DNA of 64,000 nucleotides from Ylistrum balloti. Lineage: Eukaryota. The translations under genes and the position numbers were made by a program. The stretch covers positions 1,736,001 to 1,800,000 of the forward strand of contig NW_026781896.1 of assembly GCF_031769215.1 (NCBI RefSeq). Direction: 5' to 3'. This document shows, one piece after another, positions 39,131 to 52,796 of this stretch. Each line of letters starts with the position of its first letter. The first letter of the stretch is position 1. Under the pieces are notes generated by a model. That model searched no databases. It was not told the DNA's origin and saw nothing but the letters and a program-made list of their open reading frames with translations.

Positions 39131-41053
39131 CTATAGAAACAAAGAAAGAAAATTCATGACATCTCAATTAAGTAACATATTTTTTGTATTGTCTGTTTAC
39201 TCCTTGTCCAGATAAATCATTTCCCAACTGCATGAGCAGCTCTAGAATAATGCAAGAGCTTTAAGACCAAGTGGATTTAACTACACTACAAATCATTCTC
39301 TATCAAAAACAGGTAAAAAGAAAATAGGTTAAAACCAAAGCTATAAAGAAAATTGTGAATTCCCAGACACCGATATATAATGCGAGACCAAAAATAAAAT
39401 GGAAAGATAGCCTCTAGGAGGTGGAGAATTGGCTGTCTGCTCAGACTTCTTGTTCTCTCACACAGAATGGAACAGGAAAAAACCTGTATCCACTGTCTGA
39501 AGGATTGTATAGAAGAGACATAAAGGCCAATAATACCTTTAATATGACTAAAGTATTAGCAACCTTTTACTTATTTCACTAAATAATGAATAAAGACATC
39601 CTACAGTTATTTTGTCCTCTTTAAGGACACTTCAGTCAGGCTCTGGGGGTTAAATACACAAATTTTTGACCTTCAAATTTTTTGACCTTCATCAATGAAT
39701 GAAGATAGAGTATTTAGCTTCACCTCAGATCACTTTAAGTCGATCACAGAACTTATACTGATTTGTTTTGTATCCCAAAAATACTGTTCTTGTACATATA
39801 TATGGATGTTAGCTAAGGATATTGCAGTACAAACACAGTCTAAAATAACATGGATGGATTGGGTGTTTTAGAGTTTGAAGGCCTGGAAGCGGGCAGTGTG
39901 AGTAATCTCGTCCTATACATAGATCACATCAGGCTCTGTAGACAGCACAGAGAGCCATTCAATCAGTCTTTATTAGGCAATTACTGTGTTCATTAGACAA
40001 TTCCGACAAGTATCCTACATACATTCATTTTTTCTCATTGTTTCCATATCCCATTGGACCAAAATAAGTAGGCAAGTCTGTCAGTAAAAGCACAGCCCCT
40101 TGACTAATGTCTAGGTCAGATCCTCGCCCTACTGTTTGTCTGTGTGTCCCCGTCGTCTCATCTACATCTTAACCAGAATGCAGTCATTTAACTTTCATGA
40201 CAAAATGCACACTATGATGGTTGTCCTGAGATTTTTTCAGCATGGTCATCTCTTAACATAAGACTGAGTACTGAGTAATTACGGAGTACATGCATTACAA
40301 TGTTATGGGGATGTGATCGTTCGTGAAAGATTACACAGCTATTCCAAGGATGGAGTGCTGTGTTGTGGCCAGAAAAGACATACACTAGAATAATTATTAT
40401 CTTTTTGATGTCTGAGTGAATGAAGGAGATGGTCATTTTCTAATAAAACACCCATATTGGGAATGAAAAAAATCATTAATCTTTTCTTCTTCTGATGCTA
40501 GCAGAAGCTACTGTTGGAGTTAGTGACAGGGTCTAGACAGCTTGGCAGTCTTCTGATATTTATATAAATATATTCCAGTAGACAGGCACAAAAATAGACA
40601 GTCCAATAAACACACAGACATGCTACATCATTGATATACTCACTATCTATCTCCCAAAGCGAAATGAAAATTGATGATTTGCAATATTTTCAGGCTATAA
40701 TGATCAACTAACGTATTATTGTGTGTAGTCTATCACACTCACCGTTAATTACCATTGACTCAAGTCAGTCTATCAATTAGTGTTGTATGTATCTATGAGA
40801 ACATGCAGTGAAGTCTCATACATCCAGTATTCAATATTGTGATGTTATTCAGTCATTTACAATAAACATTTCCATCGTAATTCCAAACATCAGATAACTT
40901 AACATATAATCTGGACATATTAGGAAAAATAACTGACATTACACACTGAAAGTGTTCCCTGAAATCTATTCAGACAATCATATGTATGTCAGTCATCTGT
41001 CTGATAGTCGAAAAAGGGAATATGGAATTGTATGGTAACAGTGGCATGGTGTC

Positions 41054-42034
41054 ATCAGACTCCGCACTGATGTCAGACTTCATGTGTTCTGGATATGATG
41101 TCAGACTCCGAACTGATGTCAGGCTTCATGTGTTCTGGATATGATGTCAGACTCTGAACTGATGTCAGACTTCATGTGTTCTGGATATGATGTCAGACTC
41201 CGAACTGATGTCAGGCTTCATGTGTTCTGGATATGATGTCAGACTCTGAACTGATGTCAGACTTCATGTGTTCTGGATATGATGTCAGACTCTGAACTGA
41301 TGTCAGACTTCATGTGTTCTGGATATGATGTCAGACTCTGAACTGATGTCAGACTTCATGTGTTCTGGATATGATGTCAGACTCCGAATTGATGTCAAGC
41401 TTCATGTGTTCCGGATATGATGTCAGACTCTGAACTGATGTCAGACTTCAAGTGTTCCGTATTTGATGTCAGACTCCGAACTGATGTCAGACTTCATGTG
41501 TTCTGGATATGATGTCAGACTCCGAATTGATGTCAGACTTCATGTGTTCTGGATATGATGTCAGACTCCGAATTGATGTCAAGCTTCATGTGTTCCGGAT
41601 ATGATGTCAGACTCTGAACTGATGTCAGACTTCAANNNNNNNNNNNNNNNNNNNNNNNNNNNNNNNNNNNNNNNNNNNNNNNNNNNNNNNNNNNNNNNNN
41701 NNNNNNNNNNNNNNNNNNNNNNNNNNNNNNNNNNNNNNNNNNNNNNNNNNNNNNNNNNNNNNNNNNNNNNNNNNNNNNNNNNNNNNNNNNNNNNNNNNNN
41801 NNNNNNNNNNNNNNNNNNNNNNNNNNNNNNNNNNNNNNNNNNNNNNNNNNNNNNNNNNNNNNNNNNNNNNNNNNNNNNNNNNNNNNNNNNNNNNNNNNNN
41901 NNNNNNNNNNNNNNNNNNNNNNNNNNNNNNNNNNNNNNNNNNNNNNNNNNNNNNNNNNNNNNNNNCCATGTGTTCCGCATATGATGTCAGACTCCGAACA
42001 GATGTCAGACTTCATGTGTTCCGGATATGATGTC
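41054..42034. repeat. 46-bp minisatellite (TCAGACTCYGAACTGATGTCAGACTTCATGTGTTCTGGATATGATG) interrupted by an assembly gap
   Basis: The same unit lies on both sides of the N run, with an internal TGATGTCAGACT sub-repeat. Confidence 0.97.
41636..41965. other. Assembly gap (330 N)
   Basis: Run of N inside the 46-bp array. Confidence 1.
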
Positions 42035-42069
42035 GAATAAAGTCTAAAAAAATAAAATTCATCAAAGTG

Positions 42070-43105
42070 TTTTGTCTAATGTGTAATCAATAAATATGTT
42101 TTGTCGTGGGATGTGTAATCTATAAATATGTTTTGTCGTGGGATGTGTAATATACAAATATGTTTTGTCGTGGGATGTGTAATCTATAAATATGTTTTGT
42201 CGTGGGATGTGTAATCTATAAATATGTTTTGTCGTGGGATGTGTAATCTGTAAATATGTTTTGTCGTGGGATGTGTAATCTATAAATATGTTTTGTCGTG
42301 GGATGTGTAATCTATAAATATGTTTTGTCGTGGGATGTGTAATCTGTAAATATGTTTTGTCGTGGGATGTGTAATCTGTAAATATGTTTTGTCGTGGGAT
42401 GTGTAATCTATAAATATGTTTGGTCACTGGATGTGTAATCTGTAAATATGTTTTGTCGTGGGATGTGTAATCTGTAAATATGTTTTGTCGTGGGATGTGT
42501 AATCTATAAATATGTTTGGTCACTGGATGTGTAATCTATAAATATGTTTTGTCGTGGGATGTGTAATCTGTAAATATGTTTTGTCGTGGGATGTGTAATC
42601 TATAAATATGTTTTGTCGTGGGATGTGTAATCTGTAAATATGTTTTGTCGTGGGATGTGTAATCTGTAAATATGTTTTGTCGTGGGATGTGTAATCTGTA
42701 AATATGTTTTGTCGTGGGATGTGTAATCTATAAATATGTTTTGTCGTGGGATGTGTAATCTGTAGATATGTTTTGTCGTGGGATGTGTAATCTATAAATA
42801 TGTTTTGTCGTGGGATGTGTAATCTGTAAATATGTTTTGTCGTGGGATGTGTAATCTATAAATATGTTTTGTCGTGGGATGTGTAATCTGTAAATATGTT
42901 TTGTCGTGGGATGTGTAATCTATAAATATGTTTTGTCGTGGGATGTGTAATCTATAAATATGTTTTGTCGTGGGATGTGTAATCTGTAAATATGTTTTGT
43001 CGTGGGATGTGTAATCTATAAATATGTTTTGTCGTGGGATGTGTAATCTATACATATGTTTTGTCGTGGGATGTGTAATCTATAAATATGTTTTGTCATT
43101 AGATG
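42070..43105. repeat. 32-bp minisatellite x~32 (AAATATGTTTTGTCGTGGGATGTGTAATCTRT)
   Basis: Directly visible; the 32-aa ORF period equals 3 units. Confidence 0.98.
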
Positions 43106-45010
43106 TATAACTTTTAAAATGAGAGGAATTATGCAGTCAATACATCATCTGTTACATGACAAAGTACCTCAGTATATACGATCCCTGTATCATATACGAT
43201 ACAGCTTAACACTCTCACTACACATCAATTATGATGATAACACTTCAGACACAGCAGCATTGTAAGAATTAAGTCCATTTCTCCAGAGAAATGAATAATT
43301 AATTACAATCAATAGCACAAACAACTGTGATAAGACAAGTCCTATCATTATCTGGGGCTAGGTGTGATACTAGAAATTCCAATTAGTGTAAAAAAAAATG
43401 GCACAGAAACTTAAAATACTTCTGGTCATGTTTAGTGTGAGAGTTGTGAGCTGTAGTTCTATATAGTTAGTGGTAGTTGTGAGAATTTATACTACATTGT
43501 GGTAGGTGTTTTGTGATCTTCTGTAAGGGAGTTGTGAGTGATTAAGTTCTGGTTTGTGTTAAATCCATCATCAGACGCAGGTTGTCAGTTCACAGTGAAA
43601 GTCTGACATTTTATTTCAATTATACATATTCTGAACGCTGAAAGGCAATACACATCTGAACTTCGACCTTTTACCATGTGCTTTTTTACACTTAACAGAT
43701 TTTCCTCATGCTATTTCGCAGGTGATTCTTACTGATGGTGTAACCACCCAGCGGCCAGAAATTAAGATACACTTTATCGGTATGTATATTTAGAAAAATT
43801 AAACGAAGTCCTGAAGAGTTTACAGTAACTGATGAATTGAGACAATTAGCTAGCAGCTAACCATATCTATACAAGTAAGACAATGAAAAGTCAGCTGTAG
43901 ATAGAGGAACATTAACTATTTATAGCTGCTTATCATTCACCGAGATCCAGATTACATAACTTCTCTCTATAATCATGTAGGCATCCTCTGTATAAGTCTC
44001 AATAGATAGGCTAATACTGTTATCATTTCCTTGTTTCACCCTTATTTTTGTGACACTCTATCTATAGCTTAATTTGGTGTAAAAATCAGTCAATATTTAT
44101 TGTACATCTCTCTCTTTTTTCCCACGCAAGTTTCCATATGGCCAAAAAGAAAAAAAAAAAAAACTGAATAAAAAAATTACATTCCATGTTCAATGATTTA
44201 ATCTCTTATCTCAAATATTCTTCATTTAAACAACATTAAAAACTAAAATAAGTGTTTATCTATTCTTCTGGATTTCAAAAGTATAATAAAATTGTACATT
44301 CTGAAAGGAAATGGACACAATTCTGTTGTGTAAACATGTTCAAGTTGAACAAAAAGTCCACTTGCCAAAAAGAATTACAAACTTTGAATAAGATTAGCTT
44401 CCCCTTTGTCTTGGAGTAGTTATGTGGAGGAAAATGTTTACAAATAACATTCCTCAAATGGTTTAAAAATCACCTTTATTTTGATCGAAACATTTATTGA
44501 AGTGTTTGTAAGACCTTCTGAATTGATAAAAAACCCTCGCACGATGAATCTGGCATATATAAATCTATAGCTGTGATCAAGTGTCAAATACTCAATAACT
44601 CTGGTAAATATGTCAATCCACTCCACCTAGTCTATCGTCTGACAAAACGATATTTTTATCAGTTAATCATGATTTAAATAAATAGCTACTTGTCGAGAGG
44701 AACTGGCTGGTATATCAGTGAATGTTCTTTATTACTGGGATGGTCATTCGTGTCCTGGCAAGCTGAGAGAATTCCACAAATCCTCAAAGATGAACACTTA
44801 TTATTGAACCAAGTACATAATAACAGTAATTTTTACTTTAGATTTCCTCATCCACTAACTATAATAGGTCACTGTTAAGTATCTAATGAAATCCAGTGTG
44901 GATTGCTTGATTTCATGGTTCACTGAGTAGACCCCTGTATAAGTTTAATTGTCTGTTCCAATTACTAAGTAATGACAAAAATCTTGGCAGTCCATAGTCA
45001 TATGTGAAAG

Positions 45011-45950
45011 AGAGTGTAGAATGTTACCAGCTCACTCACTTGTCACTGTTGGGGAGTGTAGAAAGTTACCAGCTCACCCTCTTGTCACTGTAGGGGAGTG
45101 TGGAATGTTACCAGCTCACCCTCTTGTCACTGTTGGGGAGTGTAGAAAGTTACCAGCTCACTCTCTTGTCACTGTTGGGGAGTGTAGAAAGTTACCAGCT
45201 CACCCTCTTGTCACTGTAGGGGAGTGTAGAATGTTACCAGCTCACCCTCTTGTCACTGTAGGGGAGTGTAGAAAGTTACCAGCTCACCCTCTTGTCACTG
45301 TAGGGGAGTGTAGAAAGTTACCAGCTCACTCTCTGGTCACTGTAAGAGAGTGTAGAAAGTTACCAGCTTATTCTCTGGTCACTGTAAGAGAGTGTAGAAT
45401 GTTACCAGCTCACTCTCTGGTCACTGTGGGGGAGTGTAGAAAGTTACCAGCTTATTCTCTGGTCACTGTAAGAGAGTGTAGAATGTTACCAGCTCACCCT
45501 CTTGTCACTGTAGGGGAGTGTAGAATGTTACCAGCTCACTCTCTGGTCACTGTAAGAGAGTGTAGAATGTTACCAGCTCACCCTCTTGTCACTGTAGGGG
45601 AGTGTAGAATGTTACCAGCTCACTCTCTGGTCACTGTAAGAGAGTGTAGAATGTTACCAGCTCACTCTCTGGTCACCGTAAGAGAGTGTAGAAAGTTACC
45701 AGCTCACCCTCTTGTCACTGTAAGAGAGGGGAGCTTATTCTCTGGTCACTGTAAGAGAGTGTAGAATGTTACCAGTCACTTATTCTCTGGTCACTGTAAC
45801 TGTAGGGGAGTGTAGAATGTTACCAGCTCACCCTCTTGTCACTGTAGGGGAGTGTAGAATGTTACCAGCTCATCCTCTTGTCAGTGTAGGGGAGTGTAGA
45901 ATTTTACCAGATCACTTTCTACTTACTATGGATGAGTGTAGAATAATGAC
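45011..45950. repeat. 42-bp minisatellite x~22 (GAGTGTAGAAWGTTACCAGCTCACYCTCTKGTCACTGTAGGG)
   Basis: Directly visible; explains the 247-aa ORF 45021..45764 (14-aa period). Confidence 0.98.
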
Positions 45951-48900
45951 AGATCTCTAGGCACTATAAGAAAAATCCAAATGATATGTAAGCTCAATAA
46001 ACATCTTTAGGGATAGCAGTAACAATTACAATCTCAATCATACTAGTTCTCTCCAGATACTCTGGACTACACAAACTGTTTGGATCCTCCCCAAGTCATA
46101 TGTCACAACAAATATCCAGTCTAATTTAACACTGGCATCTCTTAAGTTCAAGGTTACTGTATTTATGTTGGTATAAAACAATTCAGATTATCATTAGGAA
46201 TGGCAACACGGTTAAATAAAAGTCATCCAAGAACTATTGTAAAGAAGACAAGTCCATAACATCGTAAAAGAAATAACATCATAAACAAATAGGATCATCT
46301 GCAGACAAAGATACTTTAAAGCAATAGTTCACCGACAGAATTACAGTATTATAACTTTTGTCTGCAGATAAAAGGATTATGTAAAAATAAATGTACAGAC
46401 TGCAGCACAAAAACTTATCTCATGATTGCTTGTTTAGTGTTTTCCATCCAGGCAACAGTCAAGGCGATATAAAAAGTGTCCACATACGAGGCCACTCAAG
46501 TAGCACTCGGAGGATGTAAAACATGTCATTATTGTTCTATTATTCTAACTATATCCTAACCTCTAGAGGTGTCTATAGGGAGACAAAGAAAAGATATACT
46601 CATAGGTGTGTGACTAATTCATCTGATAAGAAATTGCTGCAAAATTAAGCTGATAGATTTTCTCTGAAGCCTGGTCAATTTATCAGCATCTTACAACAAA
46701 TACTTAAAAAAATCCATCTAACATCTGTTGATATAATTTAAGTGAACATCAATCTAGATTGCTTTCTAAACACGTCAGAAGTAATAGAGAGAAATAAAAT
46801 GTTATATTCTTTAACATTTCTTCTTTATTTACGCGAGTGAAAACTCATTTACTTATAGCTATAGTTATGGTTTCTTGGGCTACCGTGTGTGAACAATTAC
46901 ACGACAGGAGCCAAGCAAGTTGCCTTTTATTTTCATCAGCTTTATAGTGCATTTGCGGTTTATTCCTTTTAAATGTTCCCCTATGAATATCTTTTTTTTT
47001 CCAGTGCATCAGTCTTTCATTACTGAATTTGTTGAGTCACTTATAACATATTCCCAAAAGGATTAAAGTTGTGCCGTTTGTGACAATGTCAGGGGCTGAA
47101 ATGACCAGTGTTTTATTATTTAACAATGACCCCTGAGTCAAGTGTAATTGCCCTCCTGTCTTAATAAAATCAGAGTCTTGTAGTCCAAACACCAGTCAAT
47201 ATACCAATGTGTGATAATGTAACAACTCTCTCTCAACTAAATAACAAAGTGAGATTGAGAATTTTCTCATCTAACCACTCAGTGTTAGGTTCTATTTACT
47301 TCAAATCAAGAACGCCGTTTTAATTGCCTCCCTCTTTTAATCCCACAACATAAATGTATCACCTTTCCAAAGAAAATAACATCGGACCTGCTAGGAGGGC
47401 ATTACCCTCCCCTCCCCTTCTCAATCCGCCTTCCACAGGATATGGTCATCTAAAATGAGTCTAATTAATCAAATTCACAGCGATCAATATGATTTCTTGG
47501 CTGACCAGTGGTCAACACAATACAATCCCCTATTTTGTTAGCCTGGCCAATCTATCTGTAGTGGACACTTGCCTCTCACAATAAACTAAATCTGCAGATT
47601 GAATTGTTACGGTAAATGTTCAAAAATTTGGATTCTTTTATTTTTTTTTCTTATGACAATATGTTGGACATTCATCATAAATGCTGTATTCACATAATTA
47701 TTCAACAGCTCAGTAAGCTACGGATTTTTACATAATTATTGAAAGTTTTTGCTTATTTATATCTATCTGTATCTATAATGTTTGAAAGGTTGTTTTATGT
47801 ACAGTGAAGATGTGAAAAACAATGTACTTATGTTCCTTCAAATGCATGCATCACTTTAAATTAATGCAAGATATCTAAATTTAGGACAAAATATAAAAAG
47901 AATTGATGACATGGTGAATAAAACGAGGTGTGTTTATTTACAACTTGGCACAACATACAAGAAAAGATTTTTTGAAATCATATCACTGAAGTAATATCTT
48001 TTTTCATTCACAAAAACTAAGTTTCAAAAACCAATTACAAACATTGCCAAAAATATCACATGAGCTAAAGAAAGTTTGTCTGTCCCCCACCTCTCCCTCC
48101 AGCCTACACAAGAGAAAAAAACATTTCATTTATCAAGCTAAACATATTTCCTAGAGAGTCAGTAGTTTGTTAAACATTCAATTACTAAGGCTATCAATAA
48201 TTACAGATCTCTACCACAAATGACAAAATGCTACAAATCCCTGGTCCTAATTGTTAAAGGGGCCAGCTGCAATTTATTTTGCTGGACACAGTCCATTCAC
48301 ACACTGATTGGATCTCCTTGTGAAATGACCACAGCACAAATGGACCATAACTATCCACCATCAGGACAGCTGACCACTAGTTAGATGGTGGCATTCAACC
48401 AATTAATGGGCAGCTTGCTGGGCTATTTCATCCTCTCATCATTGTCACATGCAAAGCTGATTACAGCATTAAGGGACACTGCATACAGACAATTTGATTT
48501 TCTGTACAACTGAATATTTTGTTTAATAAACATTTCCACCATGGCTTTTGACTATTGTTGACTGTTGAAAAATTGTATGATTGTCCAAGCGTTTTTTAAT
48601 TTTCTTTTAACAAGTTTTACAGCAATAACATCAATAAATTATAAGGTATTTTGATGGCTAATCCTTGACTGTTAATGTTCAGCTCCTCAAACAGCCCAGT
48701 AAGTACCCTGGTCCTGATTATGACCTCCTTTAAAGGTTTGGGCTGAGAGAAGAGCAGACTGACAAGTAATACTGACATTATCAAGTCAAATCTATTAAAA
48801 TAACATGAATGAATGAAAAGTAACTTATATTATTGACAAGTGGTCTTGATAATTAACGGTCATCATTGGAAAAGTGACATATTGTTTCCCAGCTAGTGAT

Positions 48901-49149
48901 TTTCCTTGGGAGCTTGTAAATAAAGTGACCTTTTAAAGGCAGAACTAGACATTAGATATATAGACAAGTGGTAGATCTAGGTAGCATTGAAAGACAGTGA
49001 ATCATTATAGACAGGCAGGAGTATAATTTAAAATATTAACTGATATTCAAATGGAGAAGTTCAACCCATATTTATGGTGTTATACTAACCTGTGGTGGTT
49101 CTGATACATGCACCAAGTAAATCCCTTTGTAAAGTTGTGATATAGCTAG

Positions 49150-50567
49150 GTGTTGGTTATAGACAGGTGGTCATTATAGACAGGTGTTAGTTATAGACAG
49201 GTGTTGGTTATAGACAGGTATTGGTTAAAGACAGGTGTTAGTTACAGACAGGTGTTGATTATAGACAGGTGTTGGTTACAGACAGGTGTTAGTAATAGAC
49301 AGGTATTGGTTAAAGACAGGTGTCAGTTACAGACAGGTGTTGGTTATAGACAGGTGTTAGTTATAGAGAGGTGTATGTTATAGACAGGTGTTGTTATAGA
49401 CAGGTGTTAGTTAGAGAGAGGTGTATGTTATAGACAGGTGGTGGTTATTGACAGGTGGTGGTTATAAACAGGTGGTGGTATTAGACAGGTGTTGGTTATA
49501 GACATGTATGGGTTATAGACCAGTGTTATTTATAGACAGGTATTGGTTATAGACAGGTGTTAGTTATAGACAGGTGTTGGTTATAGACAGGTGTTAGTTA
49601 TAGACAGGTGTTAGTTATAGACAGGTATTGGTTAAAGACACGTGTTAGTTACAGACAGGTGTTGGTTATAGACAGGTGTTAGTTATAGACAGGTGTTAGT
49701 TATAGACAGGTGTTAGTTACAGACAGGTGTTGGTTATAGACAGGTGTTAGTTATAGACAGGTGTTAGTTACAGACAGGTGTTAGTTACAGACAGGTGTTG
49801 GTTATAGACAGGTGTTAGTAATAGACAGGTGTTAGTTATAGACAGGTGTTAGTTATAGACAGGTGTTGGTTATAGACAGGTGTTAGTTATAGACAGGTGT
49901 TAGTTACAGACAGGTGTTAGTTATAGACAGGTGTTAGTTATAGACAGGTGTTAGTTATAGACAGGAGTTGGTTATAGACAGGTGTTAGTTATAGACAGGT
50001 GTTGGTTATAGACAGGTGTTGGTTATAGACAGGTGTTAGTTATAGACAGGTGTTAGTTATAGACAGGTGTTGGTTATAGACAGGTGTTAGTTATAGACAG
50101 GTGTTAGTTATAGACAGGTGTTGGTTATAGACAGGTGTTAGTTATAGACAGGTGTAGGTGTTAGTTACAGACAGGTGTTGGTTATAGACAGGTGTTAGTT
50201 ATAGACAGGTGTTGGTTATAGACAGGTGTTGGTTAAAGACAGGTGTTAGTTATAGACAGGTGTTAGTTACAGACAGGTGTTGGTTATAGACAGTTGTTGG
50301 TTATAGACAGATGTTGGTTATAGACAGGTGTTGGTTATAGACAGGTGTTGGTTATAGACAGGTGTTGGTTACAGACAGGTGTTAGTAACAGACAGGTGTT
50401 AGTTATAGAAGTTATAGACAGGTGTTGGTTATAGACAGGTGTTAGTTATAGACAGGTGTTAGTTATAGACAGGTATTGGTTATAGACAGGTGTTAGTTAT
50501 AGACAGGTGTTAGTTATAGACAGGTGTTAGTTATAGACAGGTGTTCATTGCAGACAAGTTTCCTGTA
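49150..50567. repeat. 17-bp minisatellite x~80 (GTTATAGACAGGTGTTR), possibly the internal array of a non-autonomous DNA transposon
   Basis: The 17-bp period is visible. The array ends in GACAAGTTTCCTGTA (50553-50567), which resembles the ...GACAGGTTTNACTGTA termini of pogo/Tc1-type MITEs (inference). Confidence 0.95.
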
Positions 50568-51369
50568 AGGTTATTATTGTATTAGCTATATAAGGTATGT
50601 CTGCTGTGTTAGAATCATCTGCCTGTTAAGCTGCTATCAGGGTAAAAGACACCTATTTTCTGCTTGGACAGCTTCACAGTTGGTTGCCAATATATCGTTT
50701 TGTTATTACATGCTAATCACCTCCTCACACACTTAATTATAAATAACACAGCCTGAGGGATCGCCAGTCAATCACAATCAAGTCCATAGCCTAGACTGTG
50801 TATTTGTATCAATGTAGCCAGTTCTTATTATTACCATCTTAACCTATGTGTACATAACAAAAAATGATTTGATTATTGACAAATTCACAACACATGTTTA
50901 CAATCCTAGTAAGATCAATAGATAAACTATATACTGTGAATCTGTTGTTGGTCTCTCTTGATGATGATTAAACCCCGAGACACCTGGCACCACTACCTTC
51001 AGTAGTACAGTAAAACGCCATCTCTGTAACCTTTGAACTGGAGATAAACCTGACTCTTTCATTGTACTTTATATCTGAACATGAAGGTCAAGATGTCTCT
51101 ACCTGTTTATATTCAACCTTCATGATATAGTTAATCTATACTTGTATAATAACTAACCAGTACAATAACTTAATAGATAAGCTGTATAGTTACACGGTTT
51201 AATCCTATGTTAACTCTAAACCTATCATCCCTGACCTGTGTAAGATTTATTAAATCTGTGATAGATCAAGTATAAAGCTATACCTGGCTGCATATGTCTA
51301 ATACAATTGTTTATTTTCTTTGTTTATATTGCCCTTGAACTGCCAGTTATTTTGAGTTAGATTCTCCTT

Positions 51370-51465
51370 GTAGTAGCTGGTGTCTACCTAACTGAACAAT
51401 ATACAGGAGGCCCGTCACATCCAGAGCTATTAAGGTTAAGTGTCTTTCCCAAGGACACAACCATG
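51370..51465 (-). mobile_element. CORE-SINE-like relic
   Basis: AGGTTAAGTGTCTTTCCCAAGGACACAAC (51433-51461) resembles the reverse complement of the CORE/MIR block GAGGTTAAGTGACTTGCCCAAGGTCACAC. Confidence 0.55.
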
Positions 51466-52168
51466 ATAACACAAACCAAACTGTCACAGGTAGGTAGTGC
51501 GAGGCATTCATCACACCTCAGGTCTCTCTAACGGCAACTCCCATGTCTGTCACCTATTATCTTCACCAAACTTGTTTCAATTTCTGTACTGACATCTACA
51601 TACATTTCTTATGATGTTGAAATGCCATCTTTCTCTATTCATGATGTTCATGATACTTCTGTAGGCCAATAAGACTTACAAAATAAAGAAAGAACTTCCA
51701 TACCTAAGGCATGCTCTTGTCATGTTTTAATTTCAAAGTGTTTTCTTTCCTACCTCACTTTTTATCAAAAACTGAAATATAGACGATTTAAATTGATAAT
51801 TAAAGCAAACACAGACTTGTATATACATATACTAAATAAGACAATGATACAATGTAAGAAACCTTAGGGACTACTAGTTGTAAAGTCAAAATGATATGGT
51901 TCAATGAAGTTTCCGACTAAAATATTGATGGGTTAAATAGAGAGACAGGTTGTACCAGAAGGATAGTGAGGAATGTTTTGTTTTATATGACTGGTATCTA
52001 GTTAAGTTATAGACCATACAGATAAATAATTCAAGCTACTATAGGACAATAAAATTCCATTCTAATAAAGTCTGCTAAGGCTTTTTGATATTTTGGAGTG
52101 GGAGATGAATCAAACTGTCGTCTGTTCACTAACAGGTCATCATTTAATATTAGTAGGGAATATCTATT

Positions 52169-52460
52169 ACCATATAAAGCCTTAGGGATTTTCCCCCTAA
52201 ACCATACCACATAAAGCCTTAGGGATTTTCCCCCTAACCCATACCACATAAAGCCTTAGGGTTTTCCCCCCTAACCCATACCATATAAAGCCTTAGGGTT
52301 TTCCCCCCTAACCCATACCACATAAAGCCTTAGGGTTTTCCCCCCTAAACCATACCATATAAAGCCTTAGGGTTTTCCCCCCTAAACCATACCACATAAA
52401 GCCTTAGGGAGTCTCCCCCTAAACCATACCACATAAAGCCTTAGGGATTCTCCCCCTTAA
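52169..52460. repeat. 37-bp minisatellite x~8 (ACCAYATAAAGCCTTAGGGWTTTYCCCCCTAAMCCAT)
   Basis: Period 37 at 52169, 52206, 52243 and 52280. Confidence 0.95.
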
Positions 52461-52796
52461 ACAAGACACACAAATAACACCTTCTTAGATGTTATCTCTC
52501 AGCGGAATCCAGTTCCAACTGTTAGTACAAAAAATATGGCTTAAACCAAAAAAAGATGCACACAGAGAGTGGGCTTATTGCAAAACAATGAGAAGCAATT
52601 TTTAATACTGAACCCCAATAGATACTGGTATGTTTATTATCAGGCGAGGACTCCTGTTACTTTCTGGTATAAGTGGAGGAGGGATTTGTAATTAACAATA
52701 CATTTGCAGGAATTTACTATCCCACATCAGCCTATTGTTGGCTACATACTTTGTTAATGTCATAGTTATGTTTAAGTACTGAAACCACATGTGCTA

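Noticed and set aside
41579-42015. ORFs containing X runs
   Set aside because: They span the N gap.
41054-42034. ATGATG and CTGA motifs resembling C/D-box snoRNA repeats
   Set aside because: The C box is incomplete, the units are only 46 bp, there are no terminal stems, and it is a simple minisatellite.
45021-45764. 247-aa ORF of MLPAHPLVTVGECR repeats
   Set aside because: It is an exact in-frame 42-bp minisatellite with no non-repetitive coding context.
46297-46369. 13-bp inverted repeat 47 bp apart (pre-miRNA or mini-MITE candidate)
   Set aside because: Pairing does not extend beyond ~14 bp and no target-site duplication is evident.
46488-46536. Minus-strand NNNDMFYILRVLLEWP with a GTATGT donor, reminiscent of the FERM 'L..V..WP' motif
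   Set aside because: There is no polypyrimidine acceptor, the spacing does not fit PLEKHH, and no following FGAKLF exon was found.
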